From the sequence record NC_025447.1: a stretch of DNA of 64,000 nt; one strand, 5' to 3'. Both the position numbers and the translations under genes were made by a program. The notes beneath the pieces are model-generated. The model was not told the origin of the DNA. It saw only the letters and a list, made by a program, of their open reading frames with translations, and made no database searches. Shown here in pieces: positions 58,731 to 64,000 of the stretch (position 1 is the stretch's first letter; each line of letters opens with the position of its first letter).

Positions 58731-59910
58731 TTATTCAGGTAGTACCAATTTCTTCATTGTAACTTGTTGTGTACCTGGACTCTGTTCCTGAAACATAGAC
58801 CCGTTACCACACCAGTACACCTCATTAGTCCCCACTAACGCGTATAACACACCAGAACCACCTTGTACTGAAAATGCATTAACATCTGGTGCAACATCCA
58901 TATCCTCATATTGTACCTGGTGGTAATAAGATCTTTCTGATGCAGTAGTAACAGGCCAACCAAGAGGAACACCACTACCACATGTATAAAGTTTACCATT
59001 CTGTGTCATTGCCATTATAAAATAATTCAAACTGTGATTGTTCATCGACCCAGCATCTGGTATAATACCACTAATTTCGGGAGTAGCACTAAATGGACTC
59101 ATTGTAACCTTCGTGTCTCCATACCCAATTCCTAAACAATAATCAGTGTTTATCCCAGCAGTATATACTCTAATATTACCCTTATTCGATGTAAGTACTG
59201 AAGTCGTCAAATTAGTACATGAAATACCAATAACTGTTCCAGATATATCAGTACTTACTGTAAATGTGGATAGTTTAGATGCACTTGTACCTAGGTTATA
59301 ACTTGCGTTATTACCACATCTGTAATATTGACCATTTTTAACATAATGTAAAGCACCACCAAAGTGTGTACCAGCAATCATAGTAACACCAGTATCAATC
59401 TTAATCGGTGTCGCTTTTGCACCAGAAACACCCAGTTCACCTCCAGTATTACTACCTATCCCGTATAAATCACCATTGCTTAACATAATTAATAAAGTAC
59501 CATTTGAAGCGACAGTCTCAGTAGAAGCTATATCTTGAACTGTAGTAAGGCTTGGTATTGTAGACAATATTGATGTAATATTTGTCCATCCTGGAACAGG
59601 CGATTTGACCACACCAAGGTATCCCATTTGTCCTGCTAAGTAAAATTCTCCTTCAGTCGTAAGTATAATGGTCCCTGCGGATAAACACCAAACATTAGCA
59701 ACTTTATATGGACACTGTATCCATCCATCCATTTTGTAAATACGCAGTACTATCATTTCCTAGCCTATATTGTGCACCATTACCACGTAGATATAAATTG
59801 CCACTATCGAACAACATACCCACATGTGTTGTAGATGTAGCAATCTTCAGTACACCCGAAGGTGCTGGTTTAACATTCCCGTACTTAACCATTCTTGTAA
59901 AAGGTAACAT
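58731..59910 (-). pseudogene. RCC1-like MLPF-tag protein split at (ATGG)3 (or error)
   Basis: 59704..59910 and 58731..59756 fuse by removing 1 or 4 nt at about 59720-59732. Confidence 0.7.
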
Positions 59911-59976
59911 AAATTCCTCCTTTATTCATTATACTATATTTAATACAAAAAGAAATGCCAGTACTTGAGTACTGGC
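59911..59976 (-). repeat. array intergenic cassette
   Basis: GCCAGTACT/AGTACTGGC hairpin, TATTAAATATAGTATAAT, SD. Confidence 0.85.
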
Positions 59977-59982
59977 TTTATG

Positions 59983-61134
59983 TCAATAAACATCCCAAGG
60001 TAATGGTGTCTTTCTAAACCCATACCTAGTTGCGTTCTGCCCATCTCCGGCAATGTATCTACCGGTCCCACACTGATATAATTCAGTACTGCTACATATC
60101 GCACCACCAATAGTACCACTACACCACTGTGTTATATTAGAATATAATATTGGTAAATCACTACATTTGGTATATAATGCAACAGTGGCAGCCCCGCTCG
60201 GACCACCAAACACACTTCGGTTCGAACCCGTGTAATATATGCCGTCTGGACTCATAAATGCAGATGTATAAGTTGTACTGCAATCCACTGGACTTCTTAT
60301 ATTATTAAGATCGCTTGGGTATGCTCTAGCACCATATGTGTATACATTACCAGCAGTAGTAATACCATTACCTAACTGACCATCATTTTGTCCACCACAT
60401 GTAACCAACGATGCAGTACCGGAAACAATTGCAGTAGCATTATACGAAGTACCTATAGCAATAGAAGCACCCGCCCTTTGGGATGGGGTAGGAACTGCGG
60501 CTGCGTTCCCCTGACCTAATTCACCATTGACATTTCTTCCCCATCCATATACCGAGGTGGTATCTAATTGACATAGTACTGTACCATAACTAAACGTATA
60601 TCGTATATCTTTCACAGCCGATGGTAAACCACTAACTTTAGTTGCAACACTAATAACTCCAGAAATACCAGTAACTCCAGCGTTTGCGTTCATATTACGT
60701 CCATATGCGTATAAAGAACCATCAGCAGTTTTAATATGCATCATGCCATCTGTGCAATATAATGCATCGATGCTATCCACTACAACCGCTCCCATACTAG
60801 ACGTTATATCGTTCCACCCAAGCGTTGTAGTACTAGAAATTAAGTTATTTCCGGCGTAAAGTATTCTATTATCATTTGTAACAACTACAGTATAATTGGT
60901 AGTAACGCCAATTAATCTAACATTCTCATGTATCTTAGACCACATTCCTATTGAATTTGTGTTAGCGTCCAGAAATCCCAACTGACCAGCGGTATTATAT
61001 CCAATACCCCACACATCACCTTCACTGTCCAATAACACTTCATGTGAAAAGCCAATCTTAAAATCTTTTATTGTAGGAACTACCGGAACTGGTGCAATAT
61101 TCCCGTACTTAACCATTCTTCCAAAAGGTAACAT
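59983..61134 (-). CDS. RCC1/BLIP-II-like protein with MLPF tag
   Basis: True start ATG61134; GYNTAGQLG, GRNVNGELG, GQNDGQLG. Confidence 0.85.
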   Translation of the reverse strand: MLPFGRMVKYGNIAPVPVVPTIKDFKIGFSHEVLLDSEGDVWGIGYNTAGQLGFLDANTNSIGMWSKIHENVRLIGVTTNYTVVVTNDNRILYAGNNLISSTTTLGWNDITSSMGAVVVDSIDALYCTDGMMHIKTADGSLYAYGRNMNANAGVTGISGVISVATKVSGLPSAVKDIRYTFSYGTVLCQLDTTSVYGWGRNVNGELGQGNAAAVPTPSQRAGASIAIGTSYNATAIVSGTASLVTCGGQNDGQLGNGITTAGNVYTYGARAYPSDLNNIRSPVDCSTTYTSAFMSPDGIYYTGSNRSVFGGPSGAATVALYTKCSDLPILYSNITQWCSGTIGGAICSSTELYQCGTGRYIAGDGQNATRYGFRKTPLPWDVY

Positions 61135-61200
61135 AATTCCCTCCTTATTCATTATACTATATTTAATACAAATAAGAAAGCCAGTATCAAGTACTGGCTT
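61135..61200 (-). repeat. array intergenic cassette
   Basis: Hairpin, TATTAAATATAGTATAAT, AAGGAGGG. Confidence 0.85.
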
Positions 61201-61204
61201 TAAT

Positions 61205-62353
61205 TCATTGTATAAATGACATATCAACTTCGGTATATCTTGTAGTGTACTGCCCAGAACTTCCACCCATTACTAGATTGGAAAAACCAGTATAAAATAA
61301 CTTACCTTCATCTGTGAGAATCAAACTACCGATGTTATTCAGTACTAAACTGTAAGAACTATTAAAATTTTCATAAGACTTGGTATAATAGAACTGATTT
61401 GTAAGATTACCAACACCCAATTGCCCACCAGTGTTAACCCCAGTTGCAAATATTGTAGTCCCAAATCTGAGAATATGTGAAGCCATATTACCAACACAAC
61501 AGTATATATTCTGTACATCCGAATTCAATAAAGTTGGTGTTGTGTATTGCTTAAGTGTTGTGCCTGTGCCGAATTCATTACCATATGATAGTCCATATTG
61601 TGTACCACAAGCGTACAATTTATTATCATCTTTAATAAAAAATGTACTCTGATAACTTACATCGACATCTATAACATTAGTCTGTATTCTAACAACTCCA
61701 GTACTAGCAGTTTGATTGCCTGTCCCTAACTGATAGTAAGTGTTAATACCACAACCCCATAATGTATTATCTTCTTTTAGGTATATGTTACCAACAGCTT
61801 TTTTTACCGATGATATGGCTTCAATCTTAACAAAGGCGTTAAATGAATTTGTATTTGTGCCATTACCAAAAGATGATCTGGTTGATGTGCTGTTTGTTCC
61901 GCAGCAATATAAAGTACCATCAGTTGTTATCAAATTCACTTTAAGATCACTGTAACTACTCATGTATTTTATATCAGAAACATTAATACCACTGGATGTT
62001 ATCCATGAAGTACAATCTGTCCACGTGTTATAATATGCACCTGAACCAGAAAACGCACTCGGACTTCCAGTTATAAACACTTTTCCAGTACCGTCTTCTT
62101 CATATAATTGACAACCACTACTGTTATTTTCCAAAAGGACTCTTTTAACATTAGTCGCACTAAGAATAAATTTACTCGACGCTACACCAGTTCCAGTACC
62201 CTGACTGACTGCCGCTGATGCATACAAATTTTTCGTGTATGTATCATGAAAATACATAGCACTACCGCCGGAATATATTTTAAAACGTGTACTAGGATCA
62301 GGCGGGTTAGGTGCAATATTCCCGTACTTAATCATTCTAACAAAAGGTAACAT
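61205..62353 (-). CDS. RCC1/BLIP-II-like protein with MLPF tag
   Basis: True start ATG62353; GINTYYQLG, GVNTGGQLG. Confidence 0.85.
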   Translation of the reverse strand: MLPFVRMIKYGNIAPNPPDPSTRFKIYSGGSAMYFHDTYTKNLYASAAVSQGTGTGVASSKFILSATNVKRVLLENNSSGCQLYEEDGTGKVFITGSPSAFSGSGAYYNTWTDCTSWITSSGINVSDIKYMSSYSDLKVNLITTDGTLYCCGTNSTSTRSSFGNGTNTNSFNAFVKIEAISSVKKAVGNIYLKEDNTLWGCGINTYYQLGTGNQTASTGVVRIQTNVIDVDVSYQSTFFIKDDNKLYACGTQYGLSYGNEFGTGTTLKQYTTPTLLNSDVQNIYCCVGNMASHILRFGTTIFATGVNTGGQLGVGNLTNQFYYTKSYENFNSSYSLVLNNIGSLILTDEGKLFYTGFSNLVMGGSSGQYTTRYTEVDMSFIQ

Positions 62354-62417
62354 ATTTCCCTCCTTATTCATTATACTATATTTAATACAAATAAGAATGC
62401 TAGTATCAAGTACTGGC
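62354..62417 (-). repeat. array intergenic cassette
   Basis: Same cassette sequence. Confidence 0.85.
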
Positions 62418-62424
62418 CTATATT

Positions 62425-63162
62425 TTAGACTGAATTGTTAGGATAATATCTCCCACGTCCCCATATTATTCGCACAGCACCACCACCAGCAGCCGTATAA
62501 GAAAAATTATCCCATATACTACCACCACCACCATACATCTTACCAGCACCACCACTACCAGCACCACCATTATATGAACCATCGTATCTACCGCCAATAC
62601 CATTAGCACCTTGAACAATGATACCAGTACCACCACCCGTACCAATGAACGAGGTATTATAGAATGCACCACCACCACCGCCGCCGCCAGCACCATTTTC
62701 ACCAGTGATTGCATCTCCGTTACCACCTTTACCAGTGTAGCCACCAGCACCACCACCAATGACTGCACCACCACTTACACCAGCGTTGCCCCCATTACCA
62801 CCACCATCATTAATAGCGTTAGCAGCTTTCCCACCTAGTCCACCAACCCTATATTCACCAGTGAAGCTAACACATAGTTTTTCAGTTCCACGATATAAAC
62901 CGTTTTCAACTGCTGTAGTAGTGTTGGGATGTGTAAGAGAAACACTTAAGTACTCACCACTAGTAACCGGAATATTATTACGCCACGATAAGCCGCCACC
63001 AGCACCACGTTGACCACCCGGCGAAATAACACATACTGATATTTCGGTAACGCCAGCAGGAACTGTAAATTGTGTTGTTCCTATTGTCGTGATTAATTGT
63101 TCACCATCTGGCTTATATTCAATTTTATTCCCGTACTTTACCATTCTTCCAAAAGGTAACAT
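62425..63162 (-). CDS. glycine-rich protein with MLPF tag
   Basis: True start ATG63162; GGG-rich body, GAVRIIW near the C-terminus. Confidence 0.8.
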   Translation of the reverse strand: MLPFGRMVKYGNKIEYKPDGEQLITTIGTTQFTVPAGVTEISVCVISPGGQRGAGGGLSWRNNIPVTSGEYLSVSLTHPNTTTAVENGLYRGTEKLCVSFTGEYRVGGLGGKAANAINDGGGNGGNAGVSGGAVIGGGAGGYTGKGGNGDAITGENGAGGGGGGGAFYNTSFIGTGGGTGIIVQGANGIGGRYDGSYNGGAGSGGAGKMYGGGGSIWDNFSYTAAGGGAVRIIWGRGRYYPNNSV

Positions 63163-63227
63163 ACTTCCTCCTTTATTCATTATACTATATTTAATACAAA
63201 TAAGAAAGCCAGTACTTTGTACTGGCT
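63163..63227 (-). repeat. array intergenic cassette
   Basis: Same cassette sequence. Confidence 0.85.
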
Positions 63228-63233
63228 AAATTA

Positions 63234-64000
63234 TTACAATTGTCTAGGTGTATCCAGTACATATCTATTTGTAGTAGGACCACCATCATCATATGTTCCG
63301 GTTGAATATATATTTTTCATATCAGCAGTTAGGAAAGTACGATACGAACCGCGATATATTTTTATTTTATCATACATAGAATATGTTATTCCTGACGGCA
63401 ATGGACATGCAGTAAATTTACCAATAGTAACATTAGAACCAACACCCAATGAACCAGCATAGGCACTCGCATTTAAACCAGTTGCATATACACCTGTACT
63501 CGTAATTAGTATACTAGATTGTGTTGGGTATCCAGTATGAATTGAATACAAAGTACCAGGTGGTAGAGTAGTACTGTTATTTCCTAAAACTCCATTAACA
63601 GTGCTAGATGTAGTGTTATTTCCCCATGCTCCATTATTAGCTAACCCACCCACTAGGAACTGACGTGCTCCTGTATTTGGATTTTCAACTAAAGCACTTA
63701 CTGCACCAGTTGAGCATCCTGTGTATTGTAACGTTTTTGTGTATGTTGTATTTGGTTGATATAAAGTATATTCATTATATGAAGTCCATGTAGTCGCGGA
63801 ACTTATACCGGATGTAACACCACCAATATATAAATTATTTTGTTTATCAAACAACAATACACAGTTATTTGTTGACTGTATTTGTGCAATATCAACATTA
63901 GGTGTGACCGCTTTTACAAATGAACCATCGGTTATTTCATAAGTAGTTCCCGTTCCATCGGCGAATTGTCTAGCACTGTTCCACCCTGTACTCCATATTG
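63234..64000 (-). CDS. RCC1-like array protein, 5' end beyond the window
   Basis: Frame stays open from 63857 to the window end (IWSTGWNSARQF..). Confidence 0.8.
   Translation of the reverse strand, partial: IWSTGWNSARQFADGTGTTYEITDGSFVKAVTPNVDIAQIQSTNNCVLLFDKQNNLYIGGVTSGISSATTWTSYNEYTLYQPNTTYTKTLQYTGCSTGAVSALVENPNTGARQFLVGGLANNGAWGNNTTSSTVNGVLGNNSTTLPPGTLYSIHTGYPTQSSILITSTGVYATGLNASAYAGSLGVGSNVTIGKFTACPLPSGITYSMYDKIKIYRGSYRTFLTADMKNIYSTGTYDDGGPTTNRYVLDTPRQL

Noticed and set aside
62466-63013. Val-rich and Pro/Thr-rich ORFs
   Set aside because: Alternative frames and the antisense of the Gly-rich gene's GGT repeats
55089-64000. Diversity-generating retroelement or invertase-driven switching of the array
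   Set aside because: No reverse transcriptase, recombinase, adenine-specific TR/VR pair or inverted crossover sites in this window

Overview
AT-rich (about one-third GC by eye), densely coding segment of a large lytic dsDNA phage. It most resembles Rak2-like enterobacterial jumbo myophages (121Q/PBECO4/RaK2/CBB group); this is pattern recognition from memory, not a database result. From 1 to 55.1 kb is an almost purely + strand early/accessory region of about 140 small genes behind sigma70-type promoters. Recognisable genes there are a C5 cytosine methyltransferase, an RpoD-like sigma factor, an Ntn-hydrolase/proteasome-beta-like protein, an HNH protein, two kinase-like proteins, DenV, a Zn-repeat/GIY-YIG-like endonuclease and an AAA ATPase. 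A cluster of seven tRNA/tRNA-like genes lies at 10.7-16.0 kb. From 55.1 to 64 kb is a minus-strand tandem array of RCC1/BLIP-II-like and Gly-rich proteins sharing an N-terminal MLPFxRMxKYGN tag and a repeated terminator/late-promoter cassette. Main unexplained signals: (1) roughly 10-fold over-representation of the palindrome AGTACT in genes, promoters and terminators; (2) three large structured non-coding elements (12.7-13.0, 15.4-15.6, 28.3-28.8 kb); (3) a D-armless UCU tRNA-like gene and a tRNA-Ser(ACU); (4) at least 16 divergent paralogs sharing an EExxFQxS motif, plus MTHEEW microproteins and 3-TM protein arrays; (5) nine terminator-promoter hairpin cassettes that could shuffle gene modules. 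Five genes carry net +1 frameshifts that may be sequencing errors. Many ORF-track starts were moved to the Shine-Dalgarno-supported start.
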